64,000 nucleotides of DNA from positions 992,001-1,056,000 of the forward strand of contig CM000433.1 of assembly GCA_000165345.1 (NCBI GenBank), given 5' to 3'. Position numbers and translations under genes: made by a program. Below are positions 21,715 through 32,577 of this stretch, piece after piece. The notes below the pieces were generated by a model, which was given only the letters and a program-made list of their open reading frames with translations, was not told the origin of the DNA and made no database searches. Numbering within the stretch: position 1 is the stretch's first letter; each line of letters opens with the position of its first letter.

Positions 21715-23241
21715 TTGAAAAAAATAAAAGTCTGTATGCCGTTATATTTGGTTTGGTTTGTTTTACACCCTGATTATCATGAATTTAGACTTCAGGAATT
21801 GGAATCTTTAGCTGAATGTTTTGGAGTTGAAAAAAATAAGCTTTGGGTCACTAATTTACCAGAATACGTTTCATGGCATCATCGTAAATATGATAGACCT
21901 TTAGCAAATGATCATAGTAGTTCTTTTGCATGGGTATGTTTACCAAATGAAGATATTGCTTTACGTATCTTGCAAAGAAGTGTTCTAGTAAGAGGTTTTA
22001 TGCAAGTTTGGGCAAGTGGAACAGATCATGAACAAGTTGAGAAAGTTCTTAAAGAAGATGAATATGTTAAAAAAGAATTTCTTAGAAAGTATATACATGA
22101 TGATGTTGATTTTTCTTGGAAAGTTAAAAGTATTGGAAAAAAGTTATCTAGACCTGAACAAGTTTCAAGAATGAATCATTATAGTTTTCTATTTAAAGGT
22201 ACTGAGACTGTTAATTTAAAAGATCCTTCTTTAAGTCTGGGAATTTTTGAAGATTGGAGATCTATTCATAATCAAGAAAAACTTCCAATAGAAGGAATTT
22301 CTAAGGAGCAAATTTCTAAGCTTCAATCTACTATGCTTAAAAGGGTTTATCTTGGAAGAATAATAGAGAATCAAAGCTCTACTGATCTTGGAGATAAATC
22401 TCTATGGTGGTTGAAGTATACTTTAAATAAGAGACCAATATTAGGTCCAACAACTATGGATAATGAATTAGCCTTTATAATGTGTAATATTGCTCAAGTT
22501 AAAAAAAATGATATAGTTTTTGATCCATTTTGTGGAACTGGTGGTATCCTTATTTCAGCTTCTCATTTTGGAGCTACATGTTTTGGATCTGATCTTGATC
22601 TTAGAGTAATTAATGGATGGTTTTGTTCTTATGTTAATCCACATATGATTAAAGATCAATCTATTAAAGAAGACCATTCAAAATCTATTTATTCTAATTT
22701 TGACTATTATAAGCTTGAAAGACCTGGTATTATTAGAATGGATATTTCTCAGAGTTCAATTAGATCCTCATGGATAGATGCCATTGTTTGCGATCCTCCT
22801 TATGGAATTAGAGCAACTTCTAGAACCACTAATTCTAATTCAAATCAACCTACTAGTGTTTATTCAGGTAATAACTATATCCATACATTTATTCAGGATT
22901 ACAATTATAGGAAATCTTCACCATCATCATCATCATCTTCTATATCAAATACTCATCCATCTACAGGAAAGAATACTTTTGGGTCTCATCAGCCAATTGA
23001 TGAAATGATCTTTGACCTATTATCATTTGCATCTAAGACTTTGGTTATTCATGGACATCTTGTCTTTCTTTTACCTCTTATGGTATCAGATGCCAATATT
23101 GTAATTCCTAATCTTATTGAAAATTGGAAGCATATCTTTTCTATTGACTTTCCTTATATGCAAACATTAGGAGGAGGTCTTGGTAGATTGTTAGTACATA
23201 TGAAACTAATCAACAAAAATGAAGAATTATTTGGGATCTAA
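21715..23241 (+). CDS. TRMT11: tRNA (guanine10-N2)-methyltransferase Trm11
   Basis: Trm11-type N-terminus (LVWFVLHPDYHEFRLQELESLAECFGV). SAM motif FDPFCGTGGILISASHFGATCFGSDLD. Catalytic DPPYG. A Ser-rich insertion follows the DPPY motif. Confidence 0.85.
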   Translation: MKKIKVCMPLYLVWFVLHPDYHEFRLQELESLAECFGVEKNKLWVTNLPEYVSWHHRKYDRPLANDHSSSFAWVCLPNEDIALRILQRSVLVRGFMQVWASGTDHEQVEKVLKEDEYVKKEFLRKYIHDDVDFSWKVKSIGKKLSRPEQVSRMNHYSFLFKGTETVNLKDPSLSLGIFEDWRSIHNQEKLPIEGISKEQISKLQSTMLKRVYLGRIIENQSSTDLGDKSLWWLKYTLNKRPILGPTTMDNELAFIMCNIAQVKKNDIVFDPFCGTGGILISASHFGATCFGSDLDLRVINGWFCSYVNPHMIKDQSIKEDHSKSIYSNFDYYKLERPGIIRMDISQSSIRSSWIDAIVCDPPYGIRATSRTTNSNSNQPTSVYSGNNYIHTFIQDYNYRKSSPSSSSSSISNTHPSTGKNTFGSHQPIDEMIFDLLSFASKTLVIHGHLVFLLPLMVSDANIVIPNLIENWKHIFSIDFPYMQTLGGGLGRLLVHMKLINKNEELFGI

Positions 23242-23519
23242 TATTAATTATTTTGTCTAAAAGAATATCTAATTAGGTAGATATAAGTTAGCAAAGGAAA
23301 AGGAACAAAATAAGATGAATAAAGAAAAGAATTTGGAATATATTAGTAGCTGCTTTTTTTCCTCTTCTCTTCTTAGTGAATAATGGAATATTTGCAAACA
23401 AATATCTCCTTTATTAGCATCTCATAAATTATGATTATATAAGTAAACATTGGAATTTTCTTTAAACTCATTTATAAATACCTTTTAATATATACATATA
23501 TAAACACAACTTACTTATA

Positions 23520-26500
23520 TTACCTTGTTTCATTAAAAGTTGCATTCTTTAAAATAGATTGTAGTTTCTGAGTTTGTATAGGTTTCAAGGATTCTGATAT
23601 TAGAATATCATTTGAAAGATTATGAGAACTATTCATTGATGATGATGATGATTGGGACTCATTAAATATTTGTACATGAGAATTTTTGTTATTGTTCTGA
23701 CTACTCTTGTAGTCATTATCATGATCACTTAAACGTGACAAATATTTATTATTGGAAGAATTGTTATTAACCAAAGTCCAGAACAAATTTGTTGAAGATG
23801 GACACATACAAGTATTTAAATTCTGAGATAAGTTACTTAAGTTCTTTTTACCAAAAGAAATAGCAACTTCATTACTAACTTGTTTTAAACAGTATAATGA
23901 TGAAAATGAACTTGTAATTTGGTTAGCTCCCAAAACTTGTTTATTTGGATCATTTGAATAGGAAATAATACTTTGAACAGTCTTTGAAATCTGTGATAAA
24001 GTAGAAACTGGATTACTTTTTTGATTATCATTATTTATTTGACTATCTTTATCAGTCTTAAGGAACATCTTTTCAATAGATTTTTGAATATCATTAATAT
24101 CAGTAGTTTCATATTCATCAGTAAATTCTTTATTAGTAGATAAAGAATCATCAATAACCATTTCAGTATTTTCTAATGATTGTTTATTAATATCTTGTAG
24201 AACTTGTGAAATAATTTCACCAGATGTATCCAAAGCTCGTATTTCTTGAATATAAATGTCATAACTGGATAACAAAAGCACTAAATATATAGAGATTTTT
24301 GTGTTTTCAACTTTAAATTGAATAATAGCATCCTTAACAGATGTTTCTTCAAATAAATCAATCTCAATATCTTCCAAACATTTAATTTGTTCAAGTTTAG
24401 ATTTGGATTTAGTACTTTTTACAAATTGATAAAGAGAAATAAGTGCTTTTTGTTTTGTATTTTTAACAATAGCAAATTGAAATGGGATTTCTTCTTTTAA
24501 GAATTGGGTAAAATGACCATAATCTTGTATATTAATAAGCTTGGAATCAGAATTAAGTTGAATATTCTCTTGATGAATTAACTCCATGGAAGTAATATTC
24601 CATATAAAAAGCTTTCCAGAAGAAGGAGAAATTCCTAATAGATAATATTCATGATTATGCATAACAATAAGCATTTGAGTAATTTGAGCTCCTTTAACAG
24701 ATAAATAACCAATATCACTTTCAAGTAGAATTGAATATTGTTTATTCCAATTATATACTATAATACCTTTAGATGAAGCCAAGAAAAGCTTATTAAATGC
24801 ATGACTAAAACAAGTAGAATAAATTTCAATTTCAGATTCTGGATGAATAATTGATGAATTGACCCATTCTTTAATTTGATTTTTATAAATCCAACATTTA
24901 ATTTCACGTTTACAAGTAATTGTTATAAAACATGTATTATTATCTTTATTAATATCATGATTATCATTTTCATATAATATATGATCAGATTCTGCTTCTT
25001 CTATTGAAACAACTTGGTCAATATGAGCAATAGGATAGTTAGATACTAATTCAAATTGTGTTTTATCTTTAGAAAGAAGAATTTTCCAAAATTTAAGATT
25101 ATATGCTCTCTTTTCATCATTAAAATGATCAAATTTTTGACTTTCAATAGTAATAGCAGATTTTGAATTCTTTGAATAATATGCATCAATTAATACAACT
25201 CTAGTAATATCATCTTGTACAAGCTTTGATGAAGAAATTCCATCTCCAACTTTTGAAACATAACTTTCTTCAGGCTTACAAAGAATACTAGAATGCCATA
25301 CATCTTTAATAAGATCATGAATATGCAACTTGAATGGATGAGAAATAATGGATACTAAAAGCTTTGTAGGATTCAAGAATTGAGATCCTAGAATTTTGAT
25401 TTTAGGATAATCCATAATACTACCTTTAATTGCATTGAATGGAGTAGAAATACCATATATAGTATTTAAGATTTTATTATGTACTAGATCAATAATTTTA
25501 ATACTGTTATCAGAGCATACAATAGCTGCTATTAATGAAGGTAAAGTATTAGAACCAGATACTTGAGTATAATCATGATTTTGAGTATCCATACAAACTT
25601 TTTCTTTTCTAAATGATGTAATATTATATATAGGAGCTCCCAATCTAGGAATAAATTGTCTAGTACCATTATTATTTGGATTTTTGTAATGATTTCTGGT
25701 ATGAATCAGATAAGAATCTGAAGAGAAAGTTTGCCTCCATAATACTAGAACAGCTTCTTCTCCACCTGATAATATAGTATCTGTACCAGGTATAATATTT
25801 AAAGAATTTAATTCATGTGAATGCCAGTGAGATATTGATGTTTTAACATTATATTTATAGATCATTTTTTCAATATCAGAATTTTCAGAAATGGAAGGAG
25901 CATTTTTCCACATTTGTATACCTTCTTTTGATGAAGAAGGAGGAATAAACCAATAAGTTAACCTACCATAAGCATCACCAGTAGCAACAAATTGTTGATC
26001 TTCAGAAAGTGTAAGCGATAGAATATATTCGGAATGTCTAAAACGAATAATTTTATCAGGGTATTGAGTATTCCAAATAATTAAGATATTTTTCCATATA
26101 AAACAGAATAAAGACTCATCCGAAGATACTTGGAAATTTAAAGCTCCATATGAGAAGTTAATAATCTTTTTGAGAGATTTTTGAATAAATTTGGAATGAT
26201 TAGATTTTTGATTAACAGAAGTATTAAATTTTGAAATTATATCAGAAATGGGAATTTTATATAAGGAAACATTAGTATCAATCAAAGTATCTTGATCTTT
26301 TGCTTCACTTATGATAAAATATATATTGTTTTTTGCAACTTTCAAATCAATAATACATCGACCAATTTCAATCTCTATTACAGACTTCTTTTCTTTATGA
26401 TTTAAGATATCATTTAAATGAAAAATTCGTATTAAACCACTAACAGTTGTAGTAACAATAAATTCCTCATTTTGATCAGACTTTATCACACCAAGACCTG

Positions 26501-26717
26501 TGATAATTTCTTTTGAAGCAGAAAATTGAGATTTAGACTCTCCATTTCCCAAAGTATCATATACATAAATTTCGTTATCTCTTCCTTTTGGGATTAATAA
26601 TAAATTCCCATTATTGCAAAACACTGGTGGTACTTTTAGAGAAAAGCATCCTCCTTTGTAACCTTTATTCATCTCTTCTCCTTTTCCATAAAAGACTAAT
26701 AATACCAATCTATACAA
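23520..26717 (-). CDS. WD40-repeat protein, possibly a nucleolar small-subunit-processome-type beta-propeller protein
   Basis: Multiple WD-like repeats are present (e.g. ...ATGDAYGRLTYW, ...LSGGEEAVLVLW). 1065 aa. The true start is probably the internal Met of MNKGYKGG at about 26672. Confidence 0.7.
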   Translation of the reverse strand: MYRLVLLVFYGKGEEMNKGYKGGCFSLKVPPVFCNNGNLLLIPKGRDNEIYVYDTLGNGESKSQFSASKEIITGLGVIKSDQNEEFIVTTTVSGLIRIFHLNDILNHKEKKSVIEIEIGRCIIDLKVAKNNIYFIISEAKDQDTLIDTNVSLYKIPISDIISKFNTSVNQKSNHSKFIQKSLKKIINFSYGALNFQVSSDESLFCFIWKNILIIWNTQYPDKIIRFRHSEYILSLTLSEDQQFVATGDAYGRLTYWFIPPSSSKEGIQMWKNAPSISENSDIEKMIYKYNVKTSISHWHSHELNSLNIIPGTDTILSGGEEAVLVLWRQTFSSDSYLIHTRNHYKNPNNNGTRQFIPRLGAPIYNITSFRKEKVCMDTQNHDYTQVSGSNTLPSLIAAIVCSDNSIKIIDLVHNKILNTIYGISTPFNAIKGSIMDYPKIKILGSQFLNPTKLLVSIISHPFKLHIHDLIKDVWHSSILCKPEESYVSKVGDGISSSKLVQDDITRVVLIDAYYSKNSKSAITIESQKFDHFNDEKRAYNLKFWKILLSKDKTQFELVSNYPIAHIDQVVSIEEAESDHILYENDNHDINKDNNTCFITITCKREIKCWIYKNQIKEWVNSSIIHPESEIEIYSTCFSHAFNKLFLASSKGIIVYNWNKQYSILLESDIGYLSVKGAQITQMLIVMHNHEYYLLGISPSSGKLFIWNITSMELIHQENIQLNSDSKLINIQDYGHFTQFLKEEIPFQFAIVKNTKQKALISLYQFVKSTKSKSKLEQIKCLEDIEIDLFEETSVKDAIIQFKVENTKISIYLVLLLSSYDIYIQEIRALDTSGEIISQVLQDINKQSLENTEMVIDDSLSTNKEFTDEYETTDINDIQKSIEKMFLKTDKDSQINNDNQKSNPVSTLSQISKTVQSIISYSNDPNKQVLGANQITSSFSSLYCLKQVSNEVAISFGKKNLSNLSQNLNTCMCPSSTNLFWTLVNNNSSNNKYLSRLSDHDNDYKSSQNNNKNSHVQIFNESQSSSSSMNSSHNLSNDILISESLKPIQTQKLQSILKNATFNETR

Positions 26718-26846
26718 GAGAATAGAAGAGTAATACTATCTCTATTAAGTATATATATATGTATATATATTAATGTATGTTTTCTCTTGCCTTGTTACCT
26801 TTTCTTGGTCTGTCTAACTTTGACTCCTTTTTAGGCACTTTCAAGA

Positions 26847-26877
26847 GGCGCCATAGCTGCGCCAAATTTTGCCCGCC
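26847..26877. promoter_or_regulatory. Cluster of three E2F-like motifs (GGCGCCA, TGCGCCAAA, TTTTGCCCGCC) abutting the TK stop codon, about 130-160 bp upstream of the WD40 gene start
   Basis: The motifs are seen directly. GGCGCC / TTTCCCGCC-type E2F/DP sites are a recognised over-represented upstream motif in Cryptosporidium. Confidence 0.45.
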
Positions 26878-27465
26878 TTAGAAATTGTATTCTTCACAAT
26901 TAATTATATGATGTTTTCTGCATACAGAAGTATAAATAGAATTGTCACCAATAAGAATTTGTTCGCCAGAAAAAACAGGTTCTCCATTGCTATTTAATCT
27001 GATAGTCATGGTAGCTTTTTTGCCACAGCGACAAATAGTTTTGATTTCAGTAAGTTTATCAGCCCATGCTAATAAGTATTTACTTCCTTCAAATAAATTT
27101 CCCTTAAAGTCTGTTCTCAAACCATAGCATAGTACTGGAATATTTAGCTTATCAACAACAATGCATAATTCTCTAACTTGGAATTTCGTTAGGAATTGGC
27201 TTTCATCAACTAGAACACAATCAATTTTTTCCTTATTATTTTCTTGATTAATAATATCAAGTAGTTTTAAATCAGGAGTGAATGTGTGTGCTTTTTCTGA
27301 GAGACCAATTCTAGAGCAAATTGAGCCTTCTTCAAATCGGCAATCTTTGCTAATTGTAAAGAGAATGGTTTTCATTCCTCTTTCTTGGTAGTTGAATGAG
27401 GATTGAAGAAGAACCGTTGATTTTCCAGCATTCATTGCTGAATAGTAAAAGTATAATTTTGCCAT
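26878..27465 (-). CDS. TK: Thymidine kinase (TK1/bacterial type)
   Basis: P-loop MNAGKST. Zinc-ribbon cysteines CRCGKKA...CRKHH. Compact 195 aa type-II thymidine kinase. In Cryptosporidium this enzyme is known to be of bacterial origin. Confidence 0.9.
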   Translation of the reverse strand: MAKLYFYYSAMNAGKSTVLLQSSFNYQERGMKTILFTISKDCRFEEGSICSRIGLSEKAHTFTPDLKLLDIINQENNKEKIDCVLVDESQFLTKFQVRELCIVVDKLNIPVLCYGLRTDFKGNLFEGSKYLLAWADKLTEIKTICRCGKKATMTIRLNSNGEPVFSGEQILIGDNSIYTSVCRKHHIINCEEYNF

Positions 27466-27694
27466 TTTATTAAAGTATTTCCAATCTTATTTGCAGTAGG
27501 TATGAGTGATATTATTGCTTTAAAGTATTTATTAGGTAAATTGTTGAATTCTTTGTGTTAGATGGTTTAAAATTTTGTTTTGAGTGATTAATAAAAATAA
27601 ATTTAATTTATTTTTACTTTATGAGTAGTTATTTAATCTCAATTTAGCCTCAAATTTATTACTTGAGAAAAGTGGTTACCTATATATAGATATT

Positions 27695-27710
27695 AAAAGG
27701 CGCCAAAAGG
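27695..27710. promoter_or_regulatory. E2F-like palindromic motif AAAAGGCGCCAAAAGG in the divergent TK / 27827-gene promoter
   Basis: It lies in the 361-bp divergent intergenic region and is consistent with cell-cycle control of TK. Confidence 0.45.
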
Positions 27711-27826
27711 GTTCATTTTCAGATACTTGAAATGTAAATTGATATTATTATATAAGAGTGGGATTTCGAGTAGAATATATGTTTTTGGTGTGATAATGCT
27801 TTTTAACTTGAGTTTGATAAGAAATT

Positions 27827-30800
27827 ATGATAAGTAGTCTTGAAAATGGGCCTACTGAGGAGGATCTTGAATTATTATTAGGTGGGTATAATAAGGAAGA
27901 GGAAATATTATTTGTTGATTTGAGGGAAGAATCAGATGAATTAGATAAAGTTTATTACCAGGAAAATTCCAATTTTTTGAATCCAGTTAGCTATATGAAA
28001 AGGATTGGCGATGAACAAAATCAAGATGCACCAGATAAATTGAAAAAGCGTAGAGTTAAGTCAAAGAAAACAAGACCAAGGAGGAAAAAAAGTAAATTGA
28101 AAGATGATTCTGATAAACTTTCAATAGACTCTGATGAATTTGTTGTACCAGATGATGAGGTGATTCCGCCTGACTGGGAGTATAACTTTGAAAAGCCAAT
28201 AGTTTGTCAAAATGTTACATTTTATAATAAAGTTGACAATATTTTAACTGAGAAGCTTGAATGTAATGATAGTAGTTTGGACGAAGATTTTTTCAATAAT
28301 TGTGAAATTAATGAAGGCGGATTTAAAGGTAGAAAACGTAAAAATGGAATGATTGGGATTGATATTGATAAAGAATATATTGATGATAAAGACAATACTG
28401 CATTAATTGTTGAAAGCCATTTACTGAAAGATGACATAGATGATGAAGACCAGGTAATTTTTGTAGATAGGAATTTGAACTCTTTTATTAAGCAGGTTGA
28501 TAAAAATAAGACCATAGATGAAGTTAGGACAAATGATTCTGAACCAGTTATTGTTGAAAGCGATGAATTCATTATAAATACAGAGATTTTCAATTATGGG
28601 ATTTTTAATATATACTTTAAAATGATGGATATTATTGAAGATTTTGAAAATTATAACAATTTTCAATGTTTTTCAGAAAGTTCATTTAAACTTGAAGGAA
28701 AAGATATTTCCACTCTTTTGATAGTATTCAAATCAATTGATATTGAATTCAGCAGTTTCAGCAATAATAGTAATAGTAGCTGTAGCAGTGGCAATATTAG
28801 TAATAATAATATTGGAAGTTTTGACTTGATTCAAAGTTATCTTGACTTATTTTACAATAATATCTTAAATTCATCAAAAGAGACTCAAAATTTTAATTCA
28901 ACATTTTTAAAGGAATTACACTTTGAAATGATTGGTTTTATTGAGTCAAAGTTTGATGAGATTGTTCAATTAAACCCATCTGAATGGAATTATAAGGTAT
29001 TGTTTTTGTTTTTAAGAATAATTGGACTAACTTTATTTGTTGAGCACTTGCTAATACATACAATAAAGATTGAAAAAACTTCAGAGTCAAAGATCTCAAA
29101 TTTAAATGAAGAATTTTCAGTTTTTTTTGTCAATGAGAATATTTTGAACAAGAATAATGTATCCAAGATTCTTAGACAAATCTTGAAAAAAATGTTGGAT
29201 CATTTATTAAATTTGACTTTAAAAGAAAACTTGAATGGTAATATAAGTAGTATTCATTGCATTTTGATTTTGACTTTATTCATTAATTTTAAAGTAAGTG
29301 GGGACTTGATTTTCACTTATATTTCAGAAAAATATATTAAAGATTTAAATATAACTTTTGATTTTTTTTTAATTTATTATTATGCAATGATTATTTATAG
29401 TAATTTTACTGATTTGAAGTTTGATATTTCCAAGTTATTTGCCAAATTTATCTTTGATTTAAAGGGCAATTCTTCAAATAAAAATGAATGTTTGAACCAT
29501 TATTACTTATTAAATGAGTATTTAAAATCAGTTAATGTATATCAACTTAATAATATAAATTGCAAGAATAAATTCGAATCTCTATTATATTGTTTAAGTG
29601 ATTCAAATTTCTTTTACAATATTAATAAAGAAAATGAAGTAAATATTTGTTTGTCATTATTTAGCATTGATAAATTAAATTCAGAAATCTTCTACTCAAA
29701 TCTTCCATTAAATAACTTGAAATTAAAAGAAATTCATCATAATATGAGGTGTTTTGATAAAAAATTGAGAAATATACTATTCTTGAAATCTGGAAAAGAT
29801 GAGGAGCATTGCAAAAATTATGAGAAAATGAAAAATAACTTGATTTTACCAATTAATTTTAAAGAAATAAATCTTCTTGAATTAACAGAAGAAATTTACT
29901 TTAATTTGTTGAACTTATTGGTAAATTTGATAAAAAATATCAATGAGTTAAATTTACTTTTAAAGTTTCTTCATATGCATTTTGATATTGGAAAAGCTTC
30001 GAATATAAGTAAAAATGATATTATAATGCATTATTTAGTATATAATACTTTATTCATAGTATTATTATTAAATTCAAATTTGTTTGAATTTGAAATTCCA
30101 ATAATAAATTTATATTATACTTATTTAGAAGAAAATGACCAGATTAATAATTTTCTTCTAACTGAAATGGTATTAGATAATGAAAACACTGAAAACAATC
30201 ATTTATCTGAGAAGATTAAATTGAATAAAAATTATAAACTGCTTATTCAAACTCTATTAGGGTCTTCCAAATTTGGTATCCAAATTGAATTAAAGTTCCA
30301 CATTGATATGCTTTATAATATTATTACATTAATAGAACCATTGGCAGAAAATAAATATATATTTGAATATTTAAAACAAATTAATAATCTCAAGTTAAAT
30401 GAACTATTTTATTATAATTCAAATAAAATTATCCCACAAAATATTCCCAATAATTATTTATTAAATTCCAACGAATTAATTTTGCACTCAAAATTAATTA
30501 GTAATTTTAATTCAAATATTTTGTTTGCACACGTAATTAATACCGGTATTGAATTATTGCCAAATGCATGCAAAATTAATGTGGACATAAAACAAAATGA
30601 ATTATTAATTAGATTGATAATATATTTTAAAATAATAATAGAGGAAAAATTGGATATTTATTTTGAATCAATCAATAAATTATCAGATGTAGAATTGGAT
30701 AAACCTTTTATTAATTTTATAGATGAGATTTTTAATTTAATAAATAATTTATCAATTTTATTGGTTTGGAATTTTTTGGAGATAAATGATACAACAGCAT

Positions 30801-31117
30801 TTGAATTTTTAATTTATTATTTTGGTTTAATTTCAGACAAATTATTTTATTATATAAAATATTATAAAAATGGTCAAAACAACAAAGGAAAGCAAATTTG
30901 TGAATTATTTATTTTTCATATGTACAGGAATTTGGGAGGTTTTATTCTAAGATTTTTCAACAAATTTAAAGAAAATATTAAGATAGAATGTGAAATTTAT
31001 TCATTTATGATTGTTTTTTATTTGTTAATGTTTAATATTAATCATTTTAATTTTAAAAGTTATTATAAAGAATATTTAAAAATTGAAAAAGAAATTTTTG
31101 AAAAAATCCAATTTTAA
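27827..31117 (+). CDS. Hypothetical large I/L/N/F-rich protein (1096 aa); N-terminal part of a possibly longer gene
   Basis: Long ORF with an acidic N-terminus and basic patch. It ends 1 bp before a run of ambiguous bases. Confidence 0.65.
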   Translation: MISSLENGPTEEDLELLLGGYNKEEEILFVDLREESDELDKVYYQENSNFLNPVSYMKRIGDEQNQDAPDKLKKRRVKSKKTRPRRKKSKLKDDSDKLSIDSDEFVVPDDEVIPPDWEYNFEKPIVCQNVTFYNKVDNILTEKLECNDSSLDEDFFNNCEINEGGFKGRKRKNGMIGIDIDKEYIDDKDNTALIVESHLLKDDIDDEDQVIFVDRNLNSFIKQVDKNKTIDEVRTNDSEPVIVESDEFIINTEIFNYGIFNIYFKMMDIIEDFENYNNFQCFSESSFKLEGKDISTLLIVFKSIDIEFSSFSNNSNSSCSSGNISNNNIGSFDLIQSYLDLFYNNILNSSKETQNFNSTFLKELHFEMIGFIESKFDEIVQLNPSEWNYKVLFLFLRIIGLTLFVEHLLIHTIKIEKTSESKISNLNEEFSVFFVNENILNKNNVSKILRQILKKMLDHLLNLTLKENLNGNISSIHCILILTLFINFKVSGDLIFTYISEKYIKDLNITFDFFLIYYYAMIIYSNFTDLKFDISKLFAKFIFDLKGNSSNKNECLNHYYLLNEYLKSVNVYQLNNINCKNKFESLLYCLSDSNFFYNINKENEVNICLSLFSIDKLNSEIFYSNLPLNNLKLKEIHHNMRCFDKKLRNILFLKSGKDEEHCKNYEKMKNNLILPINFKEINLLELTEEIYFNLLNLLVNLIKNINELNLLLKFLHMHFDIGKASNISKNDIIMHYLVYNTLFIVLLLNSNLFEFEIPIINLYYTYLEENDQINNFLLTEMVLDNENTENNHLSEKIKLNKNYKLLIQTLLGSSKFGIQIELKFHIDMLYNIITLIEPLAENKYIFEYLKQINNLKLNELFYYNSNKIIPQNIPNNYLLNSNELILHSKLISNFNSNILFAHVINTGIELLPNACKINVDIKQNELLIRLIIYFKIIIEEKLDIYFESINKLSDVELDKPFINFIDEIFNLINNLSILLVWNFLEINDTTAFEFLIYYFGLISDKLFYYIKYYKNGQNNKGKQICELFIFHMYRNLGGFILRFFNKFKENIKIECEIYSFMIVFYLLMFNINHFNFKSYYKEYLKIEKEIFEKIQF

Positions 31118-31118
31118 A

Positions 31119-31158
31119 NGGGATTNNCNANNNTNGNNTNNCAGNCANNAANAATNNA
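31119..31158. other. Low-quality segment with ambiguous bases
   Basis: Interspersed n characters between two same-strand ORFs. Confidence 0.9.
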
Positions 31159-31230
31159 AGAAACGTTATCGGAAAATTAAAAAATTTTCATTTTATTAAT
31201 TATTATATTAAAAAAAAAATTTGTAATAAC

Positions 31231-32577
31231 TTGAATTCTATTTATAAATTGGTTGGAGTCATTAGTAATGAATGGAAATCAAAAATTAACAAAATATTAG
31301 ATTATATTGAATTTATTGATTTATCTAATTTAAAGGAATCTTCGGATTCAGAATCAATCAAATTTAATATTAATGATTTAATACTAGAATTGTATTTTGA
31401 TTATTATATTTCTAATCTGGATTGTGAAATTTTACAAATTATTAATAAGAAAGTTATCAATTATTCTATTAATTTATATTCCACTAAGAATATATATGGA
31501 TTATTGATCAATTTTATTTTAAAGGGAATACATGAAAAAAATAATAATTCAAATATGGAACTTATTTTGAATTGGAATCATATTAATAACTCGATTAAAG
31601 GATATATTAATCAATTAAAAAATGACCTGTTAATAAATATTTGGATTAATTATGATTTTATACAAATGTTTATGATACCTAGTAGCTTCTCATGCAGATT
31701 TATATATATGAGAATACATTTTTGGATTAATATTCTAAGTATTCCACTTTCAAAAATGTTAATTAATTCTAATGAAGATTTTAATAATGTAAGAATTACA
31801 CTTGAATATCCAATGAAGTATTTTAAGAAGTTACTGATAATCAAAGATTTTAATATATTTAAAGAAAATATTATAAATTTCTCAATAAACTTTATTATTG
31901 ATTCTGTAAGATTAATTCAATTATCTTACTTTAAAATTATTTTAAAAATGTTTATTTCTAAAATTCAAAAAAATAATACTTTACATAATTTAGAGTTTGA
32001 AGAATTTACTAAATTTATATTCAAATTAATAACTTATATGAAACTCATTTCTAATAAAACAAAATTAGAATTGGAATCAAACCATGTAAATAATCAATTC
32101 AAAATTGATAATAACACAAAATGTGATATTATTGATATTATTTCTCTTTTAATATCTTATTTAAATCAAGTGTCCGAAGCTGTACATGATTTTTTAGTAA
32201 TCAGACAGGAATTCATTCAAAATAATAACAATGATAATAATAATAATAATGATTTTAAAATCGATGATAAACCTATTCAGCAAATTAATTATGAATTATT
32301 GAAAAAGAAAACTGAGTGGATTAATTATTTCATTTATTCCAGTAATTTAAATTATTCTGATCATTCTGAAAATATCACAAAATTTAATATACTTGAATAT
32401 ATTTTAAATCATAATAATAAATATTCTTTATCTATTGAATTTCAAAAACTTCCAAAAATTTTCCAGTATATTAAAAAGGAAACCTCCAAAATGACTATCC
32501 ACAAATTACAATTTTTCAACAATTTAACTTTTTCTGATTGTACATTTTCAAATACTAATACTATTCAATTATTTTAA
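31231..32577 (+). CDS. Hypothetical protein (448 aa); possibly the continuation of the 27827-31117 ORF across a low-quality segment
   Basis: Same composition and strand as the upstream ORF. It is separated only by N-peppered sequence at 31119-31158. The ORF is open upstream of the first Met. Confidence 0.5.
   Translation: MNSIYKLVGVISNEWKSKINKILDYIEFIDLSNLKESSDSESIKFNINDLILELYFDYYISNLDCEILQIINKKVINYSINLYSTKNIYGLLINFILKGIHEKNNNSNMELILNWNHINNSIKGYINQLKNDLLINIWINYDFIQMFMIPSSFSCRFIYMRIHFWINILSIPLSKMLINSNEDFNNVRITLEYPMKYFKKLLIIKDFNIFKENIINFSINFIIDSVRLIQLSYFKIILKMFISKIQKNNTLHNLEFEEFTKFIFKLITYMKLISNKTKLELESNHVNNQFKIDNNTKCDIIDIISLLISYLNQVSEAVHDFLVIRQEFIQNNNNDNNNNNDFKIDDKPIQQINYELLKKKTEWINYFIYSSNLNYSDHSENITKFNILEYILNHNNKYSLSIEFQKLPKIFQYIKKETSKMTIHKLQFFNNLTFSDCTFSNTNTIQLF

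Noticed and set aside
26825-26840. Telomere-like TTTAGG hexamer
   Set aside because: Only isolated single copies occur, for example in tttttaggcac. There is no tandem array, so no telomere is present in the window.
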